Shown one piece after another: positions 19,985 to 31,228 of a stretch of 64,000 nt of DNA. A model generated the notes under the pieces. The model saw only the letters and a program-made list of their open reading frames with translations, was not told the DNA's origin and did no database searches. Source of the stretch: Candidatus Latescibacterota bacterium (lineage in GTDB: Bacteria; Latescibacterota; UBA2968; UBA8231); assembly GCA_965206595.1 (NCBI GenBank), contig OZ242214.1, positions 1,888,001-1,952,000 on the forward strand, read 5' to 3'. The position numbers were made by a program, and so were the translations under genes. Within the stretch, counting starts at the first letter, position 1. Each line of letters starts with the position of its first letter.

Positions 19985-20530
19985 ATGGATCATCCGACTG
20001 TATCGTCGACCTACGGCTTGATGGCCGAATTCGAGAACCCCGAGGATCTTCTCGCCGCAGCTCACAAGACGCACTCCGCCGGGTTCCGCCGCATCGACGC
20101 GTTTTCGCCGGTCCCGGTTCACGGATTGGCCGCGGCTATCGGATTTCATCGCACCAACTTGCCTGTCCTGACCTTTGTGTGCGGTCTCCTCGGGGCGGTT
20201 TGCGGATACGGTCTGCAATACTGGATCCATGTCATCGACTATCCTATTAATGTCGGGGGACGCCCACTGCACAGTGGTCCCTCCTTCATTCCGGTTACCT
20301 TCGAGTTGACGATCCTGTTCGCCGGAATAGGAACTTTCCTGGGCCTGTGGATCGCCAACCGCCTGCCCATGCCCTATCACCCGGTTTTCAACGTACCGGA
20401 GTTTGCCCGCGCCACTCAGGACCGATTTTTCCTTTGCATCGAGTCCACAGATCCGCAGTTCGACGCCGCCGAGACGCGCTCTTTTCTGCAGTCTCTCAAC
20501 CCGGTGAAAATCTCCAATGTCGATCCTTGA
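19985..20530 (+). CDS. actD: ACIII DUF3341 subunit
   Basis: GLMAEF, YPINVGGRP, FIPVTFELTILF. Confidence 0.9.
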   Translation: MDHPTVSSTYGLMAEFENPEDLLAAAHKTHSAGFRRIDAFSPVPVHGLAAAIGFHRTNLPVLTFVCGLLGAVCGYGLQYWIHVIDYPINVGGRPLHSGPSFIPVTFELTILFAGIGTFLGLWIANRLPMPYHPVFNVPEFARATQDRFFLCIESTDPQFDAAETRSFLQSLNPVKISNVDP

Positions 20531-21158
20531 CAGACGCGGACTCACAACCCTGAACGATACACTCCGCCGGCCCTCGTCGCGGATTCCGGACTGTTGTTTT
20601 GGAGCGGTTGTCGCGGTGTTGACAGTGCTGGTTGCCTCCGGTTGCGAATTGCGGCAGGCGATGTACGATCAACCACGTTACGAACCGCTGGAGGCATCCC
20701 CTTTCTTCGAAGATGGGCTATCATCCCGGCAACCGGTCGAAGGCACAGTTGCGCGTGGCCATCTTCGGCTCGATGACCACTATTTCCGAGGCACCGTCAA
20801 CGGAGAACCGGCCACGACCGTCCCAATTCCCGTTACACGCGACCTGCTGGAACGGGGAAGAGAACGTTACGACATCTTCTGCTCCCCTTGTCACGACCGA
20901 ACAGGCACAGGAAACGGAATGATCGTCAAGCGGGGGCTCAAACAGCCCCCTTCCTATCACGAGGACCGGCTTCGGGAGGCTTCGATCGGCCACTTCTTCG
21001 ACGTGATGACCAACGGATTCGGCGCGATGTACAGTTATGCTTCCCGCATCCCCGTAAACGATCGTTGGGCGATCGCAGCTTACGTGCGCACTCTGCAGTT
21101 CAGCCAGGACGCCGACTTTGACGGTCTGCCTGCTGAAGACAAGGCGCAGCTTCAATGA
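20517..21158 (+). CDS. actE: ACIII monoheme cytochrome c lipoprotein
   Basis: Lipobox-like VASGC, MYDQPR, CSPCH, DRWAI. Confidence 0.9.
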   Translation: MSILDRRGLTTLNDTLRRPSSRIPDCCFGAVVAVLTVLVASGCELRQAMYDQPRYEPLEASPFFEDGLSSRQPVEGTVARGHLRLDDHYFRGTVNGEPATTVPIPVTRDLLERGRERYDIFCSPCHDRTGTGNGMIVKRGLKQPPSYHEDRLREASIGHFFDVMTNGFGAMYSYASRIPVNDRWAIAAYVRTLQFSQDADFDGLPAEDKAQLQ

Positions 21159-22366
21159 ACGCAGAACTGATTCGCCAGAGCGAGGCTCTAGGTCCCGATT
21201 TCACCTCGTTCGCTAGGCGTGCCCTCGTGGTAGGGGTGATAGGGATAGCACTTGCCCTGCTCGCTTACGCAACGCATCAGGAGCAGTTCTTCAAATCCTA
21301 TTTGCTCGCCTTCATTTACTGGGTCAGTCTGAGTCTCGGCTGCATGGTCGTCCTGATGATCCACCACCTCGCCGGGGGCCGCTGGGGGTTCGCTATCAGA
21401 CGCCTTCTTGAAGCGGGCACCCGCACCCTGCCCCTGATGTTCCTACTTGCCGTTCCTCTCGCCTTCGGCATTCACGAATTGTACGAGTGGTCGCACGAGG
21501 AAGTGGTCGCCAACGACCCTGTTCTCCAGAAAAAGACGGCCTTCCTGAACCCAACGTTCTTCATAATCAGGACGGTCCTTTATTTCGCAATCTGGGGAAC
21601 GCTCGCTTTTTTCCTGAATCGCTGGTCTGCCCAGCAGGACATTTCCGATCAGACTCACCCGACACGCAGACTGCAGGTACTCAGCGGCCCAGGCGTCGTA
21701 ATTTTCGTGGTGGTAACAACATTTGCTGCCATCGACTGGATCATGTCGCTTGAGCCCCACTGGTTCTCCACCATCTACGCCGCAATCTACATCATCGGCC
21801 AGATCCTGTTGACTTGGGCCTTCATGATCCTCATCGCAGTCAGTTTGTCCAAACGCCCCCCGCTCAATGCGCTGTTGACGAACGAGCGCCTTAGAGATCT
21901 GGGAACTCTGATGCTCGGCTTCGTGATGTTGTGGGCGTACACCTCCTTTTCCCAGCTGCTGATAATCTGGGCCGGCAATCTTCCCGAGGAAATCACCTGG
22001 TATTACACTCGCCTCAAAGGAGGTTGGGAGAATGTCGGGTACGCACTCATTCTCCTGCATTTCGCCTTGCCGTTTGTTCTCTTGGTTTCGAGCCGGATCA
22101 AGGCGAGAATTCCCGTGCTCTGTACCTTGGCCACGGGCATTATCGTCATGCGTCTGGTCGATTTGTTCTGGATCACCGCGCCGGCACTGGGCAAACCTGA
22201 GCTCGCCCTCAGCTGGATGGACATATCCATCCCTGTCGGTTTGGGAGGATTGTGGTTCTACGTGTTTTTCGGGCAACTCAAGAAACGATCACTGGTACCG
22301 CTGAACGACCCGCGTTTCAATTTCGAAGAGATAGCTGCCGAGGCAGACGAGGATCACCATGGCTGA
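21155..22366 (+). CDS. actF: ACIII membrane subunit
   Basis: DWIMSLEPHWFST, IIWAGNLPEEI; multiple TM helices. Confidence 0.9.
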   Translation: MNAELIRQSEALGPDFTSFARRALVVGVIGIALALLAYATHQEQFFKSYLLAFIYWVSLSLGCMVVLMIHHLAGGRWGFAIRRLLEAGTRTLPLMFLLAVPLAFGIHELYEWSHEEVVANDPVLQKKTAFLNPTFFIIRTVLYFAIWGTLAFFLNRWSAQQDISDQTHPTRRLQVLSGPGVVIFVVVTTFAAIDWIMSLEPHWFSTIYAAIYIIGQILLTWAFMILIAVSLSKRPPLNALLTNERLRDLGTLMLGFVMLWAYTSFSQLLIIWAGNLPEEITWYYTRLKGGWENVGYALILLHFALPFVLLVSSRIKARIPVLCTLATGIIVMRLVDLFWITAPALGKPELALSWMDISIPVGLGGLWFYVFFGQLKKRSLVPLNDPRFNFEEIAAEADEDHHG

Positions 22367-22781
22367 GCACGAGGCTGATCACCATACCTCGGAAGCCGCC
22401 GGACACGAGATCACCGATGCTGCTCCGAAACCGCTTGTCAACGTCGGCATAGCAATGGCCGTGCTCGTAACCGGTACTTTCATCGGCATTGTCGTTCTTT
22501 TCAAGGTGCTCAACTACTACCAGCCGCTTTTGGAACCCGATCCTCATCCCCTTTCACAGACTCGGGCTGTGAGCTCCGAACCCAGGATTCAGGTAGATCC
22601 TCCCAAACAGAAACGGTCGCTGCGGGAGATAGAGGATCACGTCCTGAGAACCTACGACTGGGTCGACCGCGACCAGGGAAGGGTGCGGCTCCCGATTGCT
22701 CGGGCGATCGAAATACTCGCTGCGCGGGGTCTCCCGGAAAAAACCAGCAGTGTCGTACCGACCGACGAGGCGGAGAAATAG
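22359..22781 (+). CDS. ActG-like single-TM protein
   Basis: One TM helix, YDWVDRDQGRVRLPI; lies between actF and SCO. Confidence 0.7.
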   Translation: MAEHEADHHTSEAAGHEITDAAPKPLVNVGIAMAVLVTGTFIGIVVLFKVLNYYQPLLEPDPHPLSQTRAVSSEPRIQVDPPKQKRSLREIEDHVLRTYDWVDRDQGRVRLPIARAIEILAARGLPEKTSSVVPTDEAEK

Positions 22782-22784
22782 CAG

Positions 22785-23648
22785 ATGGCGGCTCCCGGAA
22801 CGCTGATGCGGGAAAAATCTGGGGCGGTGCTGATAGCCGCTGCTATGCTGGCTTTGTCTCCGGCTGAAGCTCAGCGACTGGAGAACGGGGTCGGGGACGA
22901 CATCGGTATTGAACAGCGCCTGGGAGAGCATTTGCCGCTCGGCTTGACGTTTGTGGACGAAACGGGCCGAACCGTCGCCCTCGGCGACTATTTCGGCGCC
23001 AAACCGGTAGTGTTGACGCTGGTGTACTACGAGTGCCCGATGTTGTGCACCCAAGTGCTCAACGGACTGTTGCGCAGCCTCAGGGTGCTGGCTTTCAGCG
23101 TGGGAGAGGAATTTGACGTCGTCACTGTGAGTATCGACCCAGGAGAAAATGCTTCCTTGGCCGCTGCAAAGAAACGGGAATACAGCGAAAAATACCGCCG
23201 AGGGACAGGCTTCAACGGGTGGCATTTCCTGACCGGGACAAATGAGAAGATCGAACAGCTTGCTGAGTCAGTTGGGTTTCGTTACCAGTACGACGAAGAG
23301 ACGGATCTCTATACTCACGCTAGTGGGATCATGATCGTCACGCCACAGGGTGAACTCTCCCGGTACTTCTACGGAGTCGAATACGCACCAAAAGATCTCC
23401 GGCTCGGACTGATCGAGGCTTCCGAGAATCGCATCGGAAATCCGGTTGACCAGATTCTTTTGCTCTGTTTTCAGTACGATCCGGCAACTGGCAAATACAC
23501 CCTCGCAGTTCTCAACTCCCTTCGCGTTGCGGGGGTCGTCACAGTTTTCGGGCTAGCGGTATGTGTCGGTGCCATGCTGCGGCGAGAGCGGCGTCATCCC
23601 GGGCCGCTGGAAGGGAACGGCGTCTCGCCGCTCGCGAACACCAACTAA
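22785..23648 (+). CDS. SCO family copper chaperone
   Basis: YYECPMLC, HASG, RYFYG. Confidence 0.9.
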   Translation: MAAPGTLMREKSGAVLIAAAMLALSPAEAQRLENGVGDDIGIEQRLGEHLPLGLTFVDETGRTVALGDYFGAKPVVLTLVYYECPMLCTQVLNGLLRSLRVLAFSVGEEFDVVTVSIDPGENASLAAAKKREYSEKYRRGTGFNGWHFLTGTNEKIEQLAESVGFRYQYDEETDLYTHASGIMIVTPQGELSRYFYGVEYAPKDLRLGLIEASENRIGNPVDQILLLCFQYDPATGKYTLAVLNSLRVAGVVTVFGLAVCVGAMLRRERRHPGPLEGNGVSPLANTN

Positions 23649-23663
23649 GCCGCCAATTCGCCA

Positions 23664-24599
23664 ATGTCGAAAGAATTCCAACTGCACCCGGAACTCGCCT
23701 CCACGTTCGCGTGGCAGGTGGACGCGTTGTACTTCCTGCTGGTGGCTTTGTCGGTGCTATTTACTGCAGGAGTTACCGGCGCCATCGTCGTGTTTGCGAT
23801 CAAGTACAGGCGCCGCTCGGACGATGAACGTCCGAAGCCCGTCCATGGCTCGATTCCATTGGAGCTGGCCTGGAGCATCGTTCCCCTTGTCATGTCCCTA
23901 GGGGTATTCACCCTCGGCGCCGACGTCTATTTCCGGCTTTACCGCATGCCCGGGGACGGCATCGACGTCTACGCAATTGGGAAACAGTGGATGTGGAAAA
24001 TCCAGCATCCCCAGGGAAAGCGAGAGATCAACGAGCTCCATGTTCCAATCGGTGTTCCCGTGCGCATGACGCTGACGTCCGAAGACGTAATCCATGCTTT
24101 CTCGGTCCCAGCCTTCCGCACAAAGCGGGATGTAGTACCGGGCCGCTACACGACCATGTGGTTCGAGGCGACGAAGCTGGGTGAGTACCACCTTTTCTGC
24201 GCCGAGTATTGCGGCACACAGCACTCGACCATGGTTGGGAAGGTCGTAGTGATGGAGCCCGACGCGTACCAGAATTGGTTGAGTGGCGGTGTTGGTGGCG
24301 AAACCATGGCAGAAGCGGGCGAGCGCCAGTTCCAGCAACTGGGTTGCCATACATGTCACAAGGCGGAATCGATCGGGCGAGGACCTACTTTGGTGGGCGT
24401 CTTCGGCAATCCAGTGCAGCTCGAGTCGGGAGAGACTGTGGTCGCTGACGAGTCCTATATTCGCGAGTCGGTGCTGAACCCGCAGACGAAGATCGTAAAC
24501 GGATACAAACCGATCATGCCGACGTTCCAGGGACAGATAAGCGAAGAAACTTTGCTCCAGATCATCACCTACATCAAATCTCTCAGCGAGAGCGAATAG
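23664..24599 (+). CDS. coxB: Cytochrome c oxidase subunit II with fused cytochrome c (caa3)
   Basis: DVIH, CuA motif CAEYCGTQHSTM, C-terminal CHTCH. Confidence 0.95.
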   Translation: MSKEFQLHPELASTFAWQVDALYFLLVALSVLFTAGVTGAIVVFAIKYRRRSDDERPKPVHGSIPLELAWSIVPLVMSLGVFTLGADVYFRLYRMPGDGIDVYAIGKQWMWKIQHPQGKREINELHVPIGVPVRMTLTSEDVIHAFSVPAFRTKRDVVPGRYTTMWFEATKLGEYHLFCAEYCGTQHSTMVGKVVVMEPDAYQNWLSGGVGGETMAEAGERQFQQLGCHTCHKAESIGRGPTLVGVFGNPVQLESGETVVADESYIRESVLNPQTKIVNGYKPIMPTFQGQISEETLLQIITYIKSLSESE

Positions 24600-24635
24600 T
24601 ATGCAGCGATCGCGTACAACCGAGGCGGTGTCGCC

Positions 24636-26312
24636 ATGACAACTACCGTGGCTGAGACAGTGGGCAACGGTCGGCCGTCCAACTACCTGAACGCCTCCTA
24701 CGGCATTAAGTCCTGGCTCCTGACGATGGATCACAAACGGGTCGGGATTCTCTATCTCCTCGTTCTTACCTTGTTCTTCCTGATCGGCGGCGTCTTTGCC
24801 TCGCTGATCAGGATCGAGCTTCTGACCCCGGAAGGCGACCTGGTCGAGGCGGAAACGTACAACAAGCTATTCACGATGCACGGCGTGGCGATGATCTTCT
24901 TCTTTCTCATTCCGTCTGTGCCGGCCGTGCTCGGAAACTTCTGCATTCCGTTACAGATCGGCGCCCGGGACGTCGCGTTTCCCAAAATCAATCTCACGAG
25001 CTGGTACTGCTACGTAGTCGGAGGTTCTTTTGCGACCTTGGCGATCATCATGGGAGGCGTCGATACCGGCTGGACCTTCTACACCCCATACAGCAGCACC
25101 TATTCCAACTCCTTCGTGATTCTCGCATTGGTTGGGGTGTTCATCAATGGTTTTTCGTCGATTCTGACGGGGGTCAACTTTCTCACCACTGTTCACAAGA
25201 TGCGCGCTCCCGGAATGACGTGGTTCCGCCTGCCGCTTTTCATCTGGGCACAGTACGCAACCAGCCTGATCATGGTCCTGGGAACCCCAGTGGTAGCGAT
25301 CACCCTTCTACTTCTCGCTTTGGAGCGCGGCTTCGGTATCGGCATCTTTGACCCTGCTCTTGGCGGTGATCCGGTTCTATTCCAGCACATGTTCTGGTTC
25401 TACTCGCACCCTGCCGTTTACATCATGATCGTGCCCGGGTTCGGGGTAATCAGCGATGTCATCGCCTGCTTCTGTCGCAAGCGGGTTTTCGGATACTCCT
25501 TTGTGGCGTTCTCGAGTCTGGCGATCGCGGTACTGGGATTCCTCGTCTGGGGACACCACATGTTCACGACCGGGCAATCGCTGTATGCAGGCATGGTGTT
25601 CTCGTTCATAACCTTTCTGATCGCCGTTCCCACGGCGGTTAAAATTTTCAACTGGACGGCGACGATGTATCGCGGCTCGGTCTCGCTTGAGTCACCGATG
25701 CTGTATGCCCTCGGCTTCATCGGCCTGTTTCTGATCGGCGGACTGACGGGACTATTCCTTTCTACTCTGGGCACCGTTATTCACTTGCACGACACCTACT
25801 TCATCGTCGCCCATTTTCACTACGTGATGGTCGGCGGCATGGTGATGGCCTTCATGAGTGGCCTGCACTTCTGGTGGCCGAAAATTACAGGCCGTATGTA
25901 CTCCGAAGGGTGGGGCAAAATAGGTGCGGTGCTGATTTTCGCCGGCTTCAACTTCACCTTCTTCCCCCAGTTCGTGCTCGGTTACCTCGGCATGCCTCGC
26001 CGATACCACGTGTATCCCGAGGAATGGCAGATCCTGCACGTGATGTCCACTGCCGGAGCCTCCGTGCTTGGAGTCGGGTACGCAGTAATGATGAATACCC
26101 TTGTCTGGTCGCTCTTCAGAGGTCGGCGGGCAGACGCCAATCCGTGGAAAGCAAAAGGGCTGGAGTGGGAATTGCTTGCCTCGCCTCCCCCGGCGCACAA
26201 TTTCGAAAGGACGCCAATAGTTACTTCCGAAGCGTACGCTTACGAAGAAGAAGACGTGACTCTGGCAGAACCGCACCAAGTTGGCGTGCCCAGGGAAACT
26301 GCCCACCCATGA
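24636..26312 (+). CDS. ctaD: Cytochrome c oxidase subunit I, A2-type
   Basis: [21 protein letters not shown]. Confidence 0.96.
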   Translation: MTTTVAETVGNGRPSNYLNASYGIKSWLLTMDHKRVGILYLLVLTLFFLIGGVFASLIRIELLTPEGDLVEAETYNKLFTMHGVAMIFFFLIPSVPAVLGNFCIPLQIGARDVAFPKINLTSWYCYVVGGSFATLAIIMGGVDTGWTFYTPYSSTYSNSFVILALVGVFINGFSSILTGVNFLTTVHKMRAPGMTWFRLPLFIWAQYATSLIMVLGTPVVAITLLLLALERGFGIGIFDPALGGDPVLFQHMFWFYSHPAVYIMIVPGFGVISDVIACFCRKRVFGYSFVAFSSLAIAVLGFLVWGHHMFTTGQSLYAGMVFSFITFLIAVPTAVKIFNWTATMYRGSVSLESPMLYALGFIGLFLIGGLTGLFLSTLGTVIHLHDTYFIVAHFHYVMVGGMVMAFMSGLHFWWPKITGRMYSEGWGKIGAVLIFAGFNFTFFPQFVLGYLGMPRRYHVYPEEWQILHVMSTAGASVLGVGYAVMMNTLVWSLFRGRRADANPWKAKGLEWELLASPPPAHNFERTPIVTSEAYAYEEEDVTLAEPHQVGVPRETAHP

Positions 26313-26977
26313 CCACTCACGCTCATCCCGCCGGACTGAATCACCAGTTCGACGACCTGCAGCAGCAGTACGCCGCGTCCAACATGGGGATGTGGGCATT
26401 CATTGCGCAGGAGATCATGTTCTTTGGGGGGCTTTTCGGGGCCTATACGGTGTACCGCTACCAGTACCTGCCGGCCTTCACAGAGGGAAGCAACCACCTT
26501 TCAATCGGTTGGGGAGCCTTCAACACCGCAGTTCTGATTGGCAGCAGTTTTACGGTAGCGATGTGCGTGCGGGCAGCGCAACAGGGGAGCAGCCGCGGAA
26601 TGTTGAGGTGGTTGCTCGGAACCATGGTCCTGGGTTTGACGTTTCTGGGAGTCAAGGTCATCGAGTACTCGGACAAGATTCACCATCACTTGGTTCCCGG
26701 GTTGAACTTTCAATACGATGGGCAGCTGGCCGGCAACATGAAGATCTTCTTCTCCTTTTATTTCGCGATGACCGGCATGCACGCTTTGCATATGATTATC
26801 GGGGTGGGAATCATGCTCTGGTTGATCCCCAATATCCTGAAGGGCAGATACACCAAGGATTACTTTTTTCCGATCGAAAACTTCGGGCTCTACTGGCACT
26901 TCGTAGACATCGTCTGGATTTTCCTTTTCCCTCTGCTCTACCTCATCGGACGCGACCCATGGATTCAAGTCATGTAG
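26309..26977 (+). CDS. ctaE: Cytochrome c oxidase subunit III
   Basis: [18 protein letters not shown]; ATG overlaps the ctaD stop. Confidence 0.92.
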   Translation: MTTHAHPAGLNHQFDDLQQQYAASNMGMWAFIAQEIMFFGGLFGAYTVYRYQYLPAFTEGSNHLSIGWGAFNTAVLIGSSFTVAMCVRAAQQGSSRGMLRWLLGTMVLGLTFLGVKVIEYSDKIHHHLVPGLNFQYDGQLAGNMKIFFSFYFAMTGMHALHMIIGVGIMLWLIPNILKGRYTKDYFFPIENFGLYWHFVDIVWIFLFPLLYLIGRDPWIQVM

Positions 26978-27285
26978 TCCCGGTAAGGGTATATATCATT
27001 GTACTGAGCCTACTGTTCGTGTTCACTGTTGTCACGGTGCTCGCGGCCTTCCTCGAACTCGGCCCGCTCAATACCCCACTGGCTCTGTCAATCGCCATAT
27101 TCAAGGCCTCCATAGTCGTCTTGTTCTTCATGCACGTGCGCTACAACACGCCGCTGATGTGGGTTTTCGCCGGTGCAGGTTTTTTCTGGCTGCTTATTCT
27201 TCTCGCGTTGACGATGCAGGACTATGTCTCGCGTGACTGGGAAACGCCTGCCCCGATCGAGTTCCTCGATATCAGGTCGCAATAG
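26959..27285 (+). CDS. ctaF: Cytochrome c oxidase subunit IV
   Basis: IAIFKASIVVLFFMHVRY; 3 TM helices. Confidence 0.85.
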   Translation: MDSSHVVPVRVYIIVLSLLFVFTVVTVLAAFLELGPLNTPLALSIAIFKASIVVLFFMHVRYNTPLMWVFAGAGFFWLLILLALTMQDYVSRDWETPAPIEFLDIRSQ

Positions 27286-27303
27286 AGTCTTTCGAACTAC
27301 CAG

Positions 27304-27342
27304 AAAAAAGCCCCGTCACCGACAAGGTGGCGGGGCTTTTTC
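27304..27342. terminator. Bidirectional rho-independent terminator
   Basis: AAAAAAGCCCCGTCACC-gacaa-GGTGGCGGGGCTTTTT between convergent genes. Confidence 0.85.
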
Positions 27343-27382
27343 AAATTCTGGTATAGTGTTGGGTTATGGCCCTGACAGCACG

Positions 27383-27769
27383 TCAGACGAGGTCGTCATC
27401 GAGAAGACCTGTAGACCGCACCAGTGCCAAAATCGCCGAATGCGGCACTACGACGTATTTCTCGCTGTCGAACTTGATTTCAACCGCTTCCTTACGAGCA
27501 AAAATTGCGTGATCCCCTTTCTGGGCTTGCAGGGGGATAAACCGCATGTGTTCCATATTTTCCGATGCCCACGGCATTTCGTCCTCGTCCGTTCTTGGAG
27601 GCAACGGGATTCCCGGTCCCACCTCTTCCACCTTGCCTGACTGGACATTCTCCTTCTCGAGAGCGGTCGGAGGGAGGTAAAGTCCCACCTCGGTCCGTTC
27701 CTCGTGCTCGTTGAGTTTGATAAGCACGCGATCCCCCACTACGATCAATTCTTTGTCGCCGCGAATCAT
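27383..27769 (-). CDS. GroES/Cpn10-family protein (stand-alone)
   Basis: VGDRVLI, GLYLP, GKVEEVGPG, GDHAIF; about 25-aa insertion. Confidence 0.82.
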   Translation of the reverse strand: MIRGDKELIVVGDRVLIKLNEHEERTEVGLYLPPTALEKENVQSGKVEEVGPGIPLPPRTDEDEMPWASENMEHMRFIPLQAQKGDHAIFARKEAVEIKFDSEKYVVVPHSAILALVRSTGLLDDDLV

Positions 27770-28011
27770 TTAACTGCGCAAATCCTTATTCAGAAACCGG
27801 GTCTGCTGTCTTGATGTAGTGTAGATACTGCAATTCGGTTTCCAGAAAATAGTGGAAAATCTGCTGTGACTCAACGATCCGTCCGGTTCCTTCTCATGGC
27901 CTTCGATACTCCTGGCCGCAATGTAAGATGAGCGAGGCAGCAGGGTCCAACTCCAACGCACGGGGAAGAAAGGCCTGGAGAATTCGGCTTGACTTCTGCT
28001 CGCAACACAGA

Positions 28012-28743
28012 TTATTCAGCACCGGCGACTGCCGCGCCTACGATTCCGGCTTCGTTGCGAAGCTGTGCGGGAACGACTCGAGCGTCGAGTTCCAGTTGGG
28101 GAATAAACTTCTCGTGCTTCCTGCTTGCCCCGCCCCCGATGATGATCAGATCGGGAGAGAGGTAGAACTCCATCTTCTGCAGGTAAAGATTGACCTGCTT
28201 GGCCCATTTCTTCCAGCCAAGCTTCCTCTTTTTTCGCACACTGTCCGCAGCCCAGTATTCGGCGTCGTGCCCTTTAAGCTCGACATGTCCGAACTCGGTG
28301 TTGGGAACAAGGGTTCCGTCGATGAACAGTGCAGATCCTATCCCGGTGCCCAGGGTGAGCAGGAGAATGGTGCCCACTTCGTCCTTCCCTGCTCCGAATC
28401 GAGATTCGGCAAGGCCGGCGACATCCGCGTCGTTGAGTACTCTGAAAGAGCATCCGGTAACTTCGTCAAGGTTCTCTTTGACGTTTTTCCCGAGCCATTT
28501 CCTGGAGACATGGGCGGCGCTTCGAACAACGCCCTGGCGGATTATTCCCGGAAATCCGCAACCCACCTGCCCGGACCACCCGAAGTGGGCGACCACCTCG
28601 GAAACTGTTCTGCAAAGGGAATTCGGAGTCGCCGGTTTCGGCGTTAGGAGGCGAAAGCGCTCGCGAACGATCTGACCGGTCGCTGTATCTACGACAGCTC
28701 CCTTGATTCCGGTGCCGCCGATGTCGATCCCGAGAACTTCCAT
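28012..28743 (-). CDS. ppgK: Polyphosphate glucokinase (ROK family)
   Basis: [46 protein letters not shown]. Confidence 0.88.
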   Translation of the reverse strand: MEVLGIDIGGTGIKGAVVDTATGQIVRERFRLLTPKPATPNSLCRTVSEVVAHFGWSGQVGCGFPGIIRQGVVRSAAHVSRKWLGKNVKENLDEVTGCSFRVLNDADVAGLAESRFGAGKDEVGTILLLTLGTGIGSALFIDGTLVPNTEFGHVELKGHDAEYWAADSVRKKRKLGWKKWAKQVNLYLQKMEFYLSPDLIIIGGGASRKHEKFIPQLELDARVVPAQLRNEAGIVGAAVAGAE

Positions 28744-28872
28744 CACTCCATCTCCATTCAATTGGTAATATCAATACGCCAATAGCCGCAGAACTTAAAC
28801 CTAATACTCCGACATGCCTTGAGAGGCCGACTGCGGACAGGCGGGATCGAAAATGGGTCGTTAATCGACTAA

Positions 28873-28962
28873 GGCATTGCCACGAATTAACTGGACTACT
28901 GCCGTGGCTCTATCCAGTCTTTAACGCCCCAGCTTATGACTCATTTATTTCGCGACAGATCC
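28873..28962. mobile_element. 90-bp MITE, copy 1
   Basis: Imperfect TIR GGCATTGCCACGAATTAA / TTATTTCGCGACAGATCC; TAA on both flanks; homologous to 51709-51798. Confidence 0.8.
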
Positions 28963-28995
28963 TAAGAAATTCTCTGCAACCTGTTTCCATCGATG

Positions 28996-29071
<76 letters not shown>

Positions 29072-29191
29072 TTACCTTGGGAATCGGCTTTGCTGCAGAG
29101 AAAACGAGGCGGGGATGAATGGAAAATAGGAGCGGTGCCCGGCACGGTCAATTCCGCCCAGATCGTGATTTTTCGCCCGAGCCCGTCGATT

Positions 29192-30232
29192 TCACAGCCT
29201 GATGGACTCTCCCCTGGCGCTGGATGCATAAGAAGCCTCGACAAACCGCATCGCTCGGATGGCATCCTCTCCGTCTGTCACGAAATCCTTCCGCGTACGG
29301 GCGCAATGCACAAAGCGAGCGACGAATTCGGTGCCGACACGGCCACCGTACCCCGTTCCCCCCTGCGGCTCCAGGTTCACCATCTGGCTGGCAATCGTCT
29401 CCCATCCCGGTGCTTCGCTCTGGAGTTGGACCGTGTGGCCGGCTCCTTCGAATCCATAGGAGGACCAAGCGACGTCGCCGAGTGTTCCACGCACCGTCAG
29501 ACTGATGTCGCCGTAGCGCTTGCGCAGCATGTATCCAGCGTGAAGGCTGCCGACTGCTCCGTTGGACATCGAAAACGAGACCGCCGCAGTATCCTCGACG
29601 TCTATCCCGGTATCGGACAAAGTGGCGACCTGAGCACTGACCGAATCGTACTCCAGACCGGTGATGAAACGGACGAGATCGATGGTGTGGATGGCAAGCC
29701 AGTGAAGAATCCCGCCGCCGGCAACCTCTTTGGAGAAAAGCCAGTGATCCTTGTTGCGCTGTTCGACAGAGCTGGTCACCATGCGTCCCTCGATGGAGAC
29801 GACGCGTCCGAGGGCACCCCCGGCCACGAGGCGGCGCATCTCGCAAACGGCCGGGGCGAGACGGTTGGTGAAACCGGTTGCCCAGGGAGTCGAATGTCTG
29901 CGCGACAGCTCGTTGAGTCCGGCAATTTCGGCTGCGGTGCGGCCCGCCGGCTTTTCGATGATAATCGGAACTTCCTCGGACAGAAATCGACTTCCTGCAT
30001 CCGCTGCCTGGTCGTTGCGCACCGACACCAGGGCGAAGTCGGGTCTCGCTGAGTCGAACAGTTCATCGAGACTGGAGTACACCCCGTCGATTCCTTCCTC
30101 GCTTTGGGGAACCGCTCCTTCGAGATCACAGACGAGCAAACGCCCAAATTCCGGAGTGGTTCTAAGGGTTTGGAGCCAGCTTTTGCTGTGCGGGGCCGTC
30201 AAGCCGACAAGTGCCGCGGTTGTCATTTCCAT
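29192..30232 (-). CDS. Gfo/Idh/MocA oxidoreductase
   Basis: IIEKP, GGGILHWLAIHTIDL, VED. Confidence 0.88.
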   Translation of the reverse strand: MEMTTAALVGLTAPHSKSWLQTLRTTPEFGRLLVCDLEGAVPQSEEGIDGVYSSLDELFDSARPDFALVSVRNDQAADAGSRFLSEEVPIIIEKPAGRTAAEIAGLNELSRRHSTPWATGFTNRLAPAVCEMRRLVAGGALGRVVSIEGRMVTSSVEQRNKDHWLFSKEVAGGGILHWLAIHTIDLVRFITGLEYDSVSAQVATLSDTGIDVEDTAAVSFSMSNGAVGSLHAGYMLRKRYGDISLTVRGTLGDVAWSSYGFEGAGHTVQLQSEAPGWETIASQMVNLEPQGGTGYGGRVGTEFVARFVHCARTRKDFVTDGEDAIRAMRFVEASYASSARGESIRL

Positions 30233-31228
30233 CCTCCTGTGCAGTCGACCCGGGCGCCTTCCCGGGACGACCTGTATATATCCTCAAGCAGGGCAACGGT
30301 TCTACGACCCTCTCGCCCATCGGTCCGGGGGGTGGCGTCATGCTCAAGGCAGTAGACCATATCTGCGACCACGCTTTCGAGCGGGTTCTCAATGGCTTCC
30401 AGCTTTTCCTCCAGACCCTCGCCGAAAATGCGGCAGTTGCCCTCAAGGGCCGCGTCGATGAGAACACCCCCCTCGGTGCCGTGGACCTCGGCGCTGAAAT
30501 AGACGTTCTGTCCTGGAAACGTCGTAGTGCCGACGACGGCTCCTTTGGCGCCGTTGCGGAAATCAATGATGGCCATACCCAGATCCTCGGTCTCGATGTC
30601 GTGAGTGAGGATCGCCGTTTCGGCGTACAACCGTTCCGGTTCCCCCATGAACCAGAGCAGCAGGTCGAGAAGGTGCGATCCCTGGTTGGCGAGGCTTCCG
30701 CCTCCGTCCATTGCCCAGGTTCCGCGCCAGCTGTCGCCGCTTTCGAAGTACTCCTGGGAGCGGAACCACTTGAAGCGGACCTCCCCGAGCAGGGGCCTGC
30801 CGAGGTATCCCAATTCGAGGGCGCGGGCGACACGGTAGTTGGTATCGACGTAGCGACTCTGGTAATCCACGGCAAGCTTCACACCGGCGGAGTCGGCTGC
30901 CGAGATAAGCCGGTCGCATTGCCTCGTCGACACATCCATCGGCTTGGTGGTGATTACATGTTTCCCCGCCGCGACTGCGATACACCCCAGGTCTGCGTGC
31001 AACCCGCTCGGGGTCATCACCATGAACTACGTCGACGTCGCTGCGGCCCAGGCCCTCCTCCAGATTCGGAGCCCAGTCGACTCCCAGCTCAAACCCCACC
31101 GCAGCGGCGCGGGCTTCGTTCGTGTCGATCACGACGGCTAGCTCGGCCCCTTCGGTCTGCTGAATCATGCGGGCGCGCGCCTTGCCCATACCCAAACCGA
31201 CAACCGCAAAACCAACCATGGCGCTCAC
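30223..31228 (-). pseudogene. Gfo/Idh/MocA oxidoreductase with a +1 frameshift near 31025
   Basis: N-terminal FAVVGLGMG (ORF from 31228) and C-terminal TPSGLH...TTKP...DGGG (ORF 30223..31023) are in different frames. Confidence 0.8.

Noticed and set aside
25874-27285. Long N-terminal extensions on cox subunits III and IV
   Set aside because: They overlap upstream genes; the coupled ATGs at 26309 and 26959 fit better
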